From a bacterium (GTDB lineage: Bacteria > Pseudomonadota > Alphaproteobacteria > SP197): a stretch of DNA of 64,000 nt. The stretch's first letter is position 1. Each line of letters opens with the position of its first letter. The DNA is taken from the NCBI GenBank assembly GCA_028821455.1, contig JAPPGE010000045.1:17339-81338 (forward strand). Direction: 5' to 3'. The position numbers and the translations under genes were made by a program. This document shows positions 35,238 to 45,041 of this stretch, piece by piece. A model generated the notes under the pieces. It did no database searches. It had not been told where the DNA came from and saw only the letters and a program-made list of their open reading frames with translations.

Positions 35238-36035
35238 TCAGGCTCTGCGGGTGGCGGCGCCGGCGTCCCGGCAGGCGTCGCCGAAGGCGGTGAACAGTGC
35301 ATGATCGTAGGCCCGCTCGCGAAACCGCCACTCGGGGTGCCACTGCACGCCAAGCTGCATGACCGGCGCGCGTCGCACGCTCACGGCCTCGATCAGTCCG
35401 TCCGGGGCCGTTGCCTCCACGGCGAGATCAGCCGCCAGACGGTCGATGCCCTGACCGTGCACCGAGTTGATGCGATAGTGTTCGAGCTTGGTGATGGAGT
35501 GCAGCGTACCGCCGGCAACGACATCGATGTCGTGCAGAAGCTGGTACTGTTCGTCGCGCGGCTTCGACTTGCCAACCCGGTGTGCCATCAGTCCGTCGAC
35601 CTCGTCCAGAACCATGTGGAGAGTGCCGCCAAGCGCCACGTTGAGCTCCTGGATACCGCGGCAGACAGCCAGCAGCGGAACCTGGCGCTCGACGACGCGA
35701 CGGATGAGCGGCAGTGCCAGCGTGTCGCGCTGGGTGTCCAGCATGGTGAATTCCCTTGGTTCCCCGTTGCCGTAATGGTGCGGGTGAACGTCGCTCGGAC
35801 TGCCCGGAAGGAAGATGCCGTCGACCCGGTCAAGCAGGTCATCGATGGCGTAGACGTCTTCCAGGGGCTCAAGGTCGCCGCCCTCGCCGAAGCAGGGAAT
35901 CAGCATCGGCACCGCCCTGGCGCCGTGGGCAACGGCATCGATGTATTTTTCACCCACGGCATGAAACGGATGAATGTCGATCATGCGCACGTCACAGGGA
36001 ATGCCGATGAGGGGCAGGGGGCCCTTGTCCACCAT
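35238..36035 (-). CDS. puuD: Gamma-glutamyl-gamma-aminobutyrate hydrolase-like class-I glutamine amidotransferase (peptidase C26)
   Basis: LLAVCRGIQELNVALGGTL (nucleophile Cys) and GVQWHPEW. 5 nt upstream of the Rieske oxygenase gene. Confidence 0.75.
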   Translation of the reverse strand: MVDKGPLPLIGIPCDVRMIDIHPFHAVGEKYIDAVAHGARAVPMLIPCFGEGGDLEPLEDVYAIDDLLDRVDGIFLPGSPSDVHPHHYGNGEPREFTMLDTQRDTLALPLIRRVVERQVPLLAVCRGIQELNVALGGTLHMVLDEVDGLMAHRVGKSKPRDEQYQLLHDIDVVAGGTLHSITKLEHYRINSVHGQGIDRLAADLAVEATAPDGLIEAVSVRRAPVMQLGVQWHPEWRFRERAYDHALFTAFGDACRDAGAATRRA

Positions 36036-36111
36036 GGAGAATCACCTTGCTGCAGCGCAAACGGCGCCACCCTATCAGGGGATCATGGCCACCGGAACCG
36101 GATGGGACGCG

Positions 36112-37452
36112 TCACGGTGCCGGTGCGACGTCGCGGGCGAGGCCGGGATAGCGACGCCACAGGGCGAGGGCCCGGACAGCGAACAGGAGGGCAAGACCCA
36201 GCCACAGTCCGTCGTTGCCGAACTCCGCGTGGAGCAAGTAGATCGCCGGCAGGTAGATGACGACCGCCAGGACCATCGCATTCCTGATATCGCGGCCACG
36301 GGCGGCACCCGTGAAGATGCCGTCAAGCTGGAAGGACCACACCCCGATGACGGGCATGAGAATCGCATAGTGCACATGAGCGAGGGCCTCGGCCCTCACC
36401 TCCGGAATGTCGGTCAAGAGAAGGATCAGGAGTTCTCCGCCAAGGGCATATCCGAGACACACGACCACCGCCGTGAGTCCCGACCAAAGGAACGTCACCC
36501 TCACGGCCTCCCTGAGCATCCGGGGATCCCTGCGGCCGCAGGCTTCGCCGACGATGGCTTCGCAGGCATTGGCGAAGCCGTCCAGGGCGAAGGCGGCGAA
36601 GGTGAGGAACATCATGAGAACTTCGTTGGCTGCCAGGGTGGTGTCGTCGATTCGCGCCGAAAGACTGATGAAGACGCCAAAGGCGACGTTGAGAAGGAGT
36701 GTGCGGATCAGGAGATCCCGGTTGAGCGCCAGCAGCGGCCAGTAGGGCTTGACAATCCGGGCTGCGCCGAAGGGCCAGGGTCCCCGCCCTTCCGGCAGGG
36801 CGCGAACGAGCGCGACAAGGCCTGTTGCGAGGCCCGTCCCCTCGGCAATGGCGGTAGCGGCCGCCAGGCCCTCCACTCCCCAGCCGAGGACAGGAACGAA
36901 GAGGATGTCGAGACCCACATTGAGCGTTACGATGACGGCCTGCACGACCAGCGCCAGACCCGTTCTCTGGAGCCCGATCAGCGCACCAGCGACGATGAAG
37001 TTGCCCATGACGGCAGGCGCGGCCCAGATCCGCACATCGAAGTAGAGTGCCGCCTGGTGCGACACCAGGGGCCCGGCCTCGACAAGGTCCAGCGCCAGCC
37101 GGCGCAGGGGATCCTGGAGGACGATGAGGGCGAAGGCGATCACCAGCGCGATCACCGCCGCCCGGATGACGATCGCCTTCAGTTCCTCGCGATCGCCGCG
37201 TCCGAAAGCCTGGGCGATGTATCCCGTGGTCGACAGGCGCAGGAATCCGAATGTCCAGAAGGTAAAGCTGAAGATGAGGGCAGCCACTCCTACGCCGCCG
37301 AGATACTCCGGTCCCGGCAGGTGTCCGGCCAGGGCAGTGTCCACCATGCCGACTACGGGCAGGCCGAGATTCGACACCATGATGGGTGCGGCTGTCTTCC
37401 AGATGCGCCGGTGCCATCCCCTCCTGACCGCCGCGCCGGAAGGCGTCGTCAA
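36112..37452 (-). CDS. MATE-family efflux transporter (DinF/NorM-like), apparent TTG start overlapping the glnD stop
   Basis: RIWKTAAPIMVSNLGLPVVGMVDTALAGHLPGPEYLGGVGVAA is a typical MATE N-terminus. 12-TM-like. No ATG or GTG is available upstream of the first TM. Confidence 0.8.
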   Translation of the reverse strand: MTTPSGAAVRRGWHRRIWKTAAPIMVSNLGLPVVGMVDTALAGHLPGPEYLGGVGVAALIFSFTFWTFGFLRLSTTGYIAQAFGRGDREELKAIVIRAAVIALVIAFALIVLQDPLRRLALDLVEAGPLVSHQAALYFDVRIWAAPAVMGNFIVAGALIGLQRTGLALVVQAVIVTLNVGLDILFVPVLGWGVEGLAAATAIAEGTGLATGLVALVRALPEGRGPWPFGAARIVKPYWPLLALNRDLLIRTLLLNVAFGVFISLSARIDDTTLAANEVLMMFLTFAAFALDGFANACEAIVGEACGRRDPRMLREAVRVTFLWSGLTAVVVCLGYALGGELLILLLTDIPEVRAEALAHVHYAILMPVIGVWSFQLDGIFTGAARGRDIRNAMVLAVVIYLPAIYLLHAEFGNDGLWLGLALLFAVRALALWRRYPGLARDVAPAP

Positions 37453-40166
37453 TGCATCGTCGCCGATACCGGTTCACCCGCCTCGATGGTGCGGATCAGG
37501 TGCTGTCGCAGACTGTCGAGCCCCGCCTGGGAGGTGATCTTCCCGCCATCGCCGTCGCACAGGTAGAAGGCGTCGACCGCCCGTTCTCCGAATGTGGCGA
37601 CACGAGCGGTAACAATCGACAGGTGGAGCTCAGCCAACGCGTGGGCGAGGTCCGAGAGCAGACCCCGCCTGTCACGCGCCGTGATCTCGACAAACGTGTG
37701 ACGGGTCGAGACCCTGTTGTCGACCAGCACCCGCGGCAGGACTGCAAGAGCCGGACCGTTGTGCCAACCCTCGCGGCGTCGGTTGATTTCGCTGGCGAGA
37801 TCAAGGTCCCCGGTGAGCGTGCGCCGGATAGTGTCACGCAGGCGCTCCAGCCTTCTCTTGTCCCTGAATGCCGACTGGTTTTCGTCCTGCACCCGGAAGG
37901 CATCGAGCGCCATGCCGTCGAGGGTGGTGAAGATGCGGGCATCGACAATGCTGGCGCCGGCCACTGCGATGGCGCCGGCGATTTCCGCGAACAGCCCGGG
38001 GCGGTCGGGGGCGAAGACGGTCACCTCCGTGATATCCCGGGCATCGTCAATCTCGGTGGCTACGGTCACCTCGCCGTTGGGGCCGTGACGCATCAGTTCG
38101 GCGTGCCGCACGTGGGCGGCACTGTCGAAGGCAAGCCAGTAGGGTGTGACGAGACGCGCGACGTGGTTGTCGATCACGGCGGGTTGCCAGTCTTCCAGCG
38201 CCTCCCTGAGACGGTCGATGCGCGCCTCGACGCGAGCCTGCTTGGCAATGGCGGCGCCATGTCCGCCGGAGATCACCTCCTCGGCCCGGTAGTAGAGTTC
38301 CCTCAGGAGGTCACCCTTCCAGTTGTTCCACACCCGTGGTCCGACGGCCCGGATATCGGCGACCGTCAGGACAAGCAGCAGCCGCAGGCGCTCGATCGAC
38401 TGGACGATCCGGGCGAAGCCGTCAATCGTGCGTGGTTCGTCAAGGTCACGGCGAAAGGCCGTGTTGGACATGACCAGGTGATAGCGCACCAGCCAGGAAA
38501 CGGTCTCGGTTTCCTCCGCGGTGAAGCCGAGACGTGGCGCCAGGTGGTCGGCGATGCCGGCGCCGAGAACGGAATGATCTCCTCCGCGCCCCTTGGCAAT
38601 GTCGTGGAGGAGAACGGCAAGGTAGAGGACGCGGCGCTGCAGGATCAGCGGAAAGACCTTGGTGGCCAGGGGCAGTTCCTCGGCGATCTCGCCACGCTCG
38701 ATCGCGGCGAGGATTCCGACGGCCCTGATGGAATGCTCATCGACGGTGTAGACATGGTACATGTCGTGTTGCATCTGGGCGACGACCCGTCCGAAGTCCG
38801 GCAGGAAGCGGCCCATCACGCCGGCCTCGTTCATCGCCTGGAGTGTTCCAAGGGGATCATCCCTGGCGGTCAGAATGTCCATGAACTGGCTGTTGGCATG
38901 AGCGTCGCGACGCAGCCTGTCGTCGATCCTCGCGAGACTCTGGGTCATCAGCCACAGCGCCCTGGGATGGATGTCAACGCGTCGGTCCTGCGAGACGTGA
39001 AACATGCGCACAAGGTCGCCAGGTGCCTCCTCGAAATGCCGGCGGTCACGGATCGAGATCATGCCGCCGGAGACGGGAAATCCGTCAATCTCCACCGCAT
39101 CCGACACGTGCCTGGATCGCGGCTGGCCGCCATGCTGTTCGGCGATGACGGCGGCAAAGATGCGGGACAGGCCGCCGACGTCCCGGGTGGCAAGGAAGTA
39201 GCGTTTCATGAAACGTTCGACAGCCCGCTGGTTTCGCGAATCGGAAAAACCCATGCGGCGGGCGATGTCCGTTTGCAGGTCGAATGTCAGCCGCTCCTCG
39301 GCCCGGCCCGACAGGAAATGGAGGTGGCATCTGACTCGGTTGAGAAAATCCGCCGCCCGTCGGAATCTCGAGAGTTCGGCGCGGCTCAGCACTCCGCGCG
39401 GCACCAGATCCTCGATGCCGGCAATCGGATAGAGATATCTGGCGATCCACACGAGGACATGAAGGTCTCTCAGCCCGCCCTTTCCTTCCTTGACATCGGG
39501 TTCCAGGACATAGCGCGAGTCGCCGGTCTTGAGATGCCGCCGGTCTCTTTCCTCGAGTTTGGCGCGCACGAAGGCCGCGTCGCTGCCGGTGACCACGGAT
39601 CTGTGGAAGCGGCGGCGGAATGTCCTGAAGAGATTCCGGTCTCCGGCAAGCAGACGCGCCTCCAGGACTGCGGTACGGATGGTCATGTCGTCGCGGGCAC
39701 AGTCGATGGCCTCGTCAAGGGCTCGCGTGGCGTGACCGACCTTGAGACCAAGGTCCCACAGGCAATAGAGGACTCGGCTGATAGCCTTTTCCTGGCGCTT
39801 TGTGACCGGACCGGCAAGCAGGAAGAGGAGATCGAGATCGGAATGCGGCGCGAGTTCGCCGCGTCCATAGCCACCGACGGCGACCAGGGCCATGCGGTCA
39901 CGACCGCCGACGCTCTCTCCCTTGAGGACGTGGGCAAACAGTTCCTTCAGCACCGTGTCGACAAGCCGGCTCATCGAGGTGACAAGCGCAATCCCGGATG
40001 CGCCGTTGTCGAGGTGTTGGCGCAGCCGCGACAGACCATCGTCGAGCACACGGCGCAGCACCCCTTCGAGGCCCTCATTCGTGGCGGGCAGGCTGGCGAG
40101 CGCACGGCGCAGGTGCTGCCGGTTTGCAAGGCTGCCCGGTACGGGCCTCCTCCTGGGATCAGTCAT
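37449..40166 (-). CDS. glnD: Bifunctional [protein-PII] uridylyltransferase/uridylyl-removing enzyme
   Basis: 905 aa. Nucleotidyltransferase GGYGRGELAPHSDLDLLFL, HD domain LLHDIAKG and two C-terminal ACT-like repeats. Confidence 0.95.
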   Translation of the reverse strand: MTDPRRRPVPGSLANRQHLRRALASLPATNEGLEGVLRRVLDDGLSRLRQHLDNGASGIALVTSMSRLVDTVLKELFAHVLKGESVGGRDRMALVAVGGYGRGELAPHSDLDLLFLLAGPVTKRQEKAISRVLYCLWDLGLKVGHATRALDEAIDCARDDMTIRTAVLEARLLAGDRNLFRTFRRRFHRSVVTGSDAAFVRAKLEERDRRHLKTGDSRYVLEPDVKEGKGGLRDLHVLVWIARYLYPIAGIEDLVPRGVLSRAELSRFRRAADFLNRVRCHLHFLSGRAEERLTFDLQTDIARRMGFSDSRNQRAVERFMKRYFLATRDVGGLSRIFAAVIAEQHGGQPRSRHVSDAVEIDGFPVSGGMISIRDRRHFEEAPGDLVRMFHVSQDRRVDIHPRALWLMTQSLARIDDRLRRDAHANSQFMDILTARDDPLGTLQAMNEAGVMGRFLPDFGRVVAQMQHDMYHVYTVDEHSIRAVGILAAIERGEIAEELPLATKVFPLILQRRVLYLAVLLHDIAKGRGGDHSVLGAGIADHLAPRLGFTAEETETVSWLVRYHLVMSNTAFRRDLDEPRTIDGFARIVQSIERLRLLLVLTVADIRAVGPRVWNNWKGDLLRELYYRAEEVISGGHGAAIAKQARVEARIDRLREALEDWQPAVIDNHVARLVTPYWLAFDSAAHVRHAELMRHGPNGEVTVATEIDDARDITEVTVFAPDRPGLFAEIAGAIAVAGASIVDARIFTTLDGMALDAFRVQDENQSAFRDKRRLERLRDTIRRTLTGDLDLASEINRRREGWHNGPALAVLPRVLVDNRVSTRHTFVEITARDRRGLLSDLAHALAELHLSIVTARVATFGERAVDAFYLCDGDGGKITSQAGLDSLRQHLIRTIEAGEPVSATMH

Positions 40167-42864
40167 CCTCCTCCTCCGCCAGGTCCTTCAGCCGGTAGAC
40201 CAGATCGAGTGCCTGCCGTGGCGTCAACTGATCGGGCATGACATCGTCGACAGCCTGTCTGAGGGCGGAGATAGGCGCAACATCCCGCGCATTTCTCTGC
40301 GCCACCTCGAAGAGGGGAAGTTCGTCTGCAAGCCGAGCCAGGGAGGTAGCATTGTCGCCCGTTTCGATGGTCTCGAGCACGTCCTTCGCACGCTCGATGA
40401 CCGCCTGGGGAAGGCCGGCAAGTCGGGCGACATGGATGCCGTAACTCCGGTTGGCTGCGCCGCGCTCCACCTCGTAGAGGAACACGATGTCGTTCTTCCA
40501 TTCCTTTACCCGCATGGAGTGCGGTCTCAATGCCGCCAGTGTCGCGGCGAGCGAAGCAAGCTCATGGTAGTGGGTGGCGAACAGGGCCCGGCATCGGTTG
40601 ACGTCGTGGAGATGCTCGAGGACTGCCCAGGCGATGGAAAGACCGTCGAACGTTGCCGTTCCACGACCGATTTCGTCCAGTATGACGAGGGACCGTTCCC
40701 CGGCCTGGTTGAGGATGGCCGCCGTTTCGACCATCTCCACCATGAACGTCGATCGCCCGCGTGCGAGATCGTCGGCCGCGCCGACACGGCTGAACAGCCG
40801 GTCGACGATACCGACCCTGGCGGCATCCGCCGGCACAAAACTCCCGGCCTGGGCCATGATGGCGATCAGCGCGTTCTGTCGCAGGAACGTCGACTTTCCG
40901 GCCATGTTGGGTCCGGTGAGCAACCACAGGCGGGCGTCGTCCTCGAGAACGCAGCCGTTGGCGACAAACTCTGCCGATTTGCTGGCCAGGATCTCAACGA
41001 CCGCGTGACGGCCACCCTCGATTGTGAAATCGAGGTCCTCTGTCACCGTCGGCCGGGTATAGCGGCGTTCATCGGCAAGGTCCGCGAGCGCCGCAGCCAC
41101 GTCAATGACGGCGATCGCTCCGGCAGTCGCGGCTATGGCTGACGCCTCGGCGAGCACGTCGGTCGCGGCCTTTTGAAAGGCATCGAGTTCGAGGGCGGTG
41201 GCGCGGTCGGCCGCACGCGACATCGCCGTTTCGAGGTCGCCGAGCTCGACAGTCGTGTAACGCATTGCATTCGCCATCGTCTGGCGATGGATGAACGTTC
41301 CCTCGTCAAGACGTGCAGCATGGTTGCTGGCGATTTCGACGTAGTATCCCAGGACATTGTTGTGGCGGATCTTCAGGGAGGCGACGCCGGTCGCCTTCTG
41401 GTAGGTGCCCTGAAGTCCGGCCACCAGCTGCCGGCTGTTGTCGCGCAGTTCCCTCGCCTCGTCGAGTTCCTGGCTGTAGCCGGCGCGCACGAAGCCGCCG
41501 TCGCGGGCAAGTGGAGGGGGATTGTCGACGAGGAGGCAGGCGAGGTCGCCGGCGAGTGGAGGTGTAGCCTGAATGGCGCCTTCCGCTTCAGCGAGTTCCC
41601 GGGGCAGATCCTGATGTCGCCCCAGTCTGGCAGCCAGACGGTCCGCTGCCGTCAGGCCATCGCGTATGGCTGCAAGGTCGCGGGGGCTGCCTCTCGACAG
41701 CGCCAGGCGTGCCAGTGCTCTCTCGAGATCAGGCGTTTGAGCAAGGGTGGTCCTGATGTCGCCGCGCAGCTGCGGGTCCTCGACAAACATCTCGACAGCG
41801 TCCAGACGCCCGGCGATGCCCCCGGTGTCGGTCAGCGGTGCGGTCAGCCTCATTCCGAGCAGACGGGCGCCGGCGCCCGTCACGGTGCGGTCCATGACGC
41901 CAAGGAGACTCCCCTGGCGATGGCCGTCGAGTGTGCGCATGAGTTCAAGGTTGCGCCGTGTTGCCTGGTCGATCAGCATCGACTGCCCTGCCACCTGGCG
42001 CACCGGCGGCGCCAGTCTGGGAAAGCGGCCCTTCTGGGTCAGTTCGACATAGCCGAGAAGCCCGCCCATGGCCGCCAGTTCGGCTCGCGTGAAGGATCCG
42101 AAACCGTCCAGCGAGGCAACGGCGTAGAGGCCGCGCAGGCGTCGTTCCCCGGCGCGACTGTCGAACCTGCTGTCGGGTTCCCGAACCAGCCTCGCGCACC
42201 ACGGCGTCAGCGCATCCCGGAGGGCGGAGTCAATGCCGGCCTGCTCCGCCACCACGAGTTCGGCCGGGGCGATACTCTCCAGAAGGGCGTTGAGATCGTC
42301 CACTGCAATGTCCGTAACGGAGAAGCTGCCGGTCGACATCTCGATCCAGGCGACCGCGGTGGTGGCGCCCGCCTGTGCCAGAGCCGCCAGGTGATTGGCG
42401 GAACGGGCATCGAGAAGCGTGTCCTCGACGAGCGTTCCGGGTGTGACGATACGGATGACATCCCGCCTCACGATGGCGCTGCCGCCGCGCTTTCTTGCCT
42501 CGGCGGGGTCCTCCATCTGTTCGCAGACCGCGACCCGGTAGCCCTTGTGAATGAGCCGTTCGAGATAGCTGTCGACGGACACCGCCGGTACGCCGCACAT
42601 CGGAACATCCTTGCCCTGGTGCTGTCCGCGGGTGGTCAATGCGATGTCGAGGGCACCGGCTGCGGCGACGGCATCGTCGAAGAAGAGCTCGTAGAAGTCG
42701 CCCATGCGGAAGAGGAGAAGTTCCCCACGATGCTCTCCCTTGATCCGCCAGTATTGTTCCATCATCGGCGTGACACGACCGCCGCGCTTCGATGCGAACT
42801 CCTGTGGCGCTGCATCCGTCGTCACCCGTCCGTCGCTCTGCCCTGTTTCCACTGATCGGCTCAT
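40159..42864 (-). CDS. mutS: DNA mismatch repair protein MutS
   Basis: Start at MSRSVETG...TPMMEQYWRIKGEHRGELLLFRMGDFYELFFDDA. GPNMAGKSTFLRQ Walker A, ILDEIGRGT and FATHYHEL. The longer track ORF (to 43392) overlaps rsmA. Confidence 0.95.
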   Translation of the reverse strand: MSRSVETGQSDGRVTTDAAPQEFASKRGGRVTPMMEQYWRIKGEHRGELLLFRMGDFYELFFDDAVAAAGALDIALTTRGQHQGKDVPMCGVPAVSVDSYLERLIHKGYRVAVCEQMEDPAEARKRGGSAIVRRDVIRIVTPGTLVEDTLLDARSANHLAALAQAGATTAVAWIEMSTGSFSVTDIAVDDLNALLESIAPAELVVAEQAGIDSALRDALTPWCARLVREPDSRFDSRAGERRLRGLYAVASLDGFGSFTRAELAAMGGLLGYVELTQKGRFPRLAPPVRQVAGQSMLIDQATRRNLELMRTLDGHRQGSLLGVMDRTVTGAGARLLGMRLTAPLTDTGGIAGRLDAVEMFVEDPQLRGDIRTTLAQTPDLERALARLALSRGSPRDLAAIRDGLTAADRLAARLGRHQDLPRELAEAEGAIQATPPLAGDLACLLVDNPPPLARDGGFVRAGYSQELDEARELRDNSRQLVAGLQGTYQKATGVASLKIRHNNVLGYYVEIASNHAARLDEGTFIHRQTMANAMRYTTVELGDLETAMSRAADRATALELDAFQKAATDVLAEASAIAATAGAIAVIDVAAALADLADERRYTRPTVTEDLDFTIEGGRHAVVEILASKSAEFVANGCVLEDDARLWLLTGPNMAGKSTFLRQNALIAIMAQAGSFVPADAARVGIVDRLFSRVGAADDLARGRSTFMVEMVETAAILNQAGERSLVILDEIGRGTATFDGLSIAWAVLEHLHDVNRCRALFATHYHELASLAATLAALRPHSMRVKEWKNDIVFLYEVERGAANRSYGIHVARLAGLPQAVIERAKDVLETIETGDNATSLARLADELPLFEVAQRNARDVAPISALRQAVDDVMPDQLTPRQALDLVYRLKDLAEEEDD

Positions 42865-43709
42865 GACTTGGTGGCCGTGCGCTTCGCATGTTCCCTTGCC
42901 AGCGCACACCACGAGGCGACGTCGACATCTTCGGCTCGGGCCCTGGGATCCAGACCGGCGCAATGAAGCAGATCCTGCGGATCTCTCGAGACGGTGCCCA
43001 GAGCGTTGCGCAGCACCTTGCGCCGCTGGCCGAAGCCGGCTTGCGTGAGTGCGCGCAGCACGGGTTCGGGAGCTGGCGAAAGGGGAGTGCCGCGTGGCGT
43101 GATGCGGACCACCGCCGCACGGACCTTCGGTGCCGGGACGAAGGAGGCAGAGTCTATGCCGAAACACCACTCGACCCGGCACAGCCACTGTACGAGAACA
43201 CTCAGCCTGCCGTACTGACGGGTACCCGGCGCCGCGACAAGGCGTTCGGCCACCTCCTTCTGGAACATCAGGATCATGCGATCGATCATGTGGCGATGCT
43301 CGATCAGGCGCATGGCGAGCCGTGTCGAACTGTTGAAGGGGAGATTGCCCATGACCACCGATTCCGGCTCCAGGATCTGGTGAAGGTCGCACTCCAGGGC
43401 ATCGCCTTCGTGGATGGCAAGTCTGCCCGCAGCGGCATCACGAAGACCGGAAAGCGCCGCACAGCATCGCCGGTCCATCTCGATGGCAAGGACCCGCCTT
43501 GCCCCGGCTCTCAGTACGGCCCGCGTCAGCCCGCCCGGGCCCGGACCGATCTCGACGACAACGGCGCCCTCGAGGTTGCCGGCACTGCGGGCGATGCGGT
43601 CGAGCACGTTTTCGTCAAACAGAAAGTTCTGTCCCAGCGACTTGCGCGCCCTGAGAGAGAATGCATCCGCGACGTCCCTCAGACGGGGAAGGTCGTCGAG
43701 TGGGTTCAA
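42861..43709 (-). CDS. rsmA: 16S rRNA (adenine1518/1519-N6)-dimethyltransferase
   Basis: KSLGQNFLFDENVLDRI and VVEIGPGPGGLT. Proposed TTG start (TTGA overlap with the surA stop) gives MNPLDDLPRL. Confidence 0.85.
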   Translation of the reverse strand: MNPLDDLPRLRDVADAFSLRARKSLGQNFLFDENVLDRIARSAGNLEGAVVVEIGPGPGGLTRAVLRAGARRVLAIEMDRRCCAALSGLRDAAAGRLAIHEGDALECDLHQILEPESVVMGNLPFNSSTRLAMRLIEHRHMIDRMILMFQKEVAERLVAAPGTRQYGRLSVLVQWLCRVEWCFGIDSASFVPAPKVRAAVVRITPRGTPLSPAPEPVLRALTQAGFGQRRKVLRNALGTVSRDPQDLLHCAGLDPRARAEDVDVASWCALAREHAKRTATKS

Positions 43710-44977
43710 CGCGCTTCCTGAATTCGGATGTCGACGAATGCCTGGCGTCTGAGGTCGCGAAGATAGCTTCTCGCGATGGTATCGTGCTGGCGTGCCTCCA
43801 GTGTGTTGCGGACTTCCTCGCGTGTCGGCAGGCCGTGTTCGACACGTTCGCACACCATCATGACACGCACTTCACCGACGCCGGCAACGGGTGTGCCGGC
43901 TGTTCCCGGTTCCAGGTTCTCAACCTGGCGGCGCACGTCGTCCTGGAGGTCAGTCAGTCGTGCCGTCACGGCGTTGCTCACCTGTGGCCCGCCATCGGCC
44001 GCGGCGAGAGCGTCGAGATCCTCGCACGAGGAGATCGGGGAAACAGCGTCCGACACTCTCTCCACGGCGTCTGTGGCGTCTTCGTCCGCGGCAAAGACTG
44101 CCTGGCGGATGGTGACCTCGACGTCTTCGTCACTCACCCGATAACCCGGACGGATCTCGCGCATCAGGATCAGGGTGTAGCCGCCGAGCGTGCGGATCGG
44201 CGGTGACATGTAGCCGACACCCAGATTGGGTACAACCGCGGCGAGTTCCTCCGAGAGCTGGCTGTGAACGATCCAACCCAGATCGCCGCCGTTGCTGGAA
44301 CTGGCGCTTTGCGAAAACTGCTGGGCAAGAATACTGAACCGGCCTCCCGAACGCAGGGCATCGGCAAGCCGTTCGATGTTCTCCCTCACACGCTCCTCTT
44401 CCTCGGGGTCGTCCACGGAAAGGACGATCTCGGCAAGCAGGTAGTGGGGTTCGTGTGCGGCAGCGATCATGCGCTGGTACTCGTCCTCGACCTCCGCTTC
44501 GAAGATCGGGCGCTGGCGTTGCCGGGCCCTCACGAGTTCACCCCAGACAATCTCCGCCGTCAGCTGGTCATCGAGCGAATCCAGGCTCAGGCCGCGATCT
44601 TCCATGAAGGCGACGAGTTCTCCCGGACCGAGGCCAAGGTTGCGTTCCACGAAGCCATAGGTCTCGTTGCGATCAATGCGAAAGCCCCCCAGTCCCTGCC
44701 GGACTCCTTCCTGCAACTGCAGTTTCTCGTTGATCAGCATCGTGGCGACCTGTGGCAGGAGTTGCCGGCGGCTCTCGGGCGTATCGGTGATTCCCGACAG
44801 GGAGAGAACGAGGGAAAGACGCGCGGCCAGATCCCTTTCGGTGATCGCCTCGTCGTTGACAACCACAGCAATTCCAAGTGATTCCTGGGCCCAGGAGGGT
44901 ACCGGAACAAAGGCCAGAACAAGGGCAAGTAACGTTCGGGCGGGCAGGGACCAAGGCAGACGTCGGCTCATAGACAT
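43706..44977 (-). CDS. surA: Periplasmic chaperone / peptidyl-prolyl isomerase SurA-like
   Basis: Signal peptide MSMSRRLPWSLPARTLLALVLAFVPVPSWAQE, SurA_N-like region and parvulin-like domain. Position between lptD and rsmA. Confidence 0.8.
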   Translation of the reverse strand: MSMSRRLPWSLPARTLLALVLAFVPVPSWAQESLGIAVVVNDEAITERDLAARLSLVLSLSGITDTPESRRQLLPQVATMLINEKLQLQEGVRQGLGGFRIDRNETYGFVERNLGLGPGELVAFMEDRGLSLDSLDDQLTAEIVWGELVRARQRQRPIFEAEVEDEYQRMIAAAHEPHYLLAEIVLSVDDPEEEERVRENIERLADALRSGGRFSILAQQFSQSASSSNGGDLGWIVHSQLSEELAAVVPNLGVGYMSPPIRTLGGYTLILMREIRPGYRVSDEDVEVTIRQAVFAADEDATDAVERVSDAVSPISSCEDLDALAAADGGPQVSNAVTARLTDLQDDVRRQVENLEPGTAGTPVAGVGEVRVMMVCERVEHGLPTREEVRNTLEARQHDTIARSYLRDLRRQAFVDIRIQEAR

Positions 44978-45041
44978 GCACTCTCCAGGCAACCGCCAAG
45001 GTGCTGGAATCGATCGGGCGAATCAAGGTGACGGGGGGATT

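Noticed and set aside
37452-40241. 929-aa plus-strand ORF opposite glnD. Similar long shadow ORFs: 12931..14871(-), 41173..42855(+), 35974..37566(+), 49549..50904(-), 51527..52744(-), 54186..55973(-), 58253..60199(+), 20686..21858(-), 63281..64000(-).
   Set aside because: All are typical high-GC antisense open frames (Arg/Gly/Pro/His-rich, no recognisable domains). Each lies opposite a gene with strong family motifs.
40159-43392. N-terminally extended versions of real genes in the ORF track: mutS to 43392, lptG to 48506, lptF to 49530, histidine phosphatase to 30630, M24 from 32598, bfr from 28035, TMADH-like to 60253, SBPs from 10271 and 60151
   Set aside because: The extensions overlap neighbouring genes and have shadow-like composition. 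Internal starts give canonical N-termini, RBS-like sequences or ATGA/GTGA coupling.
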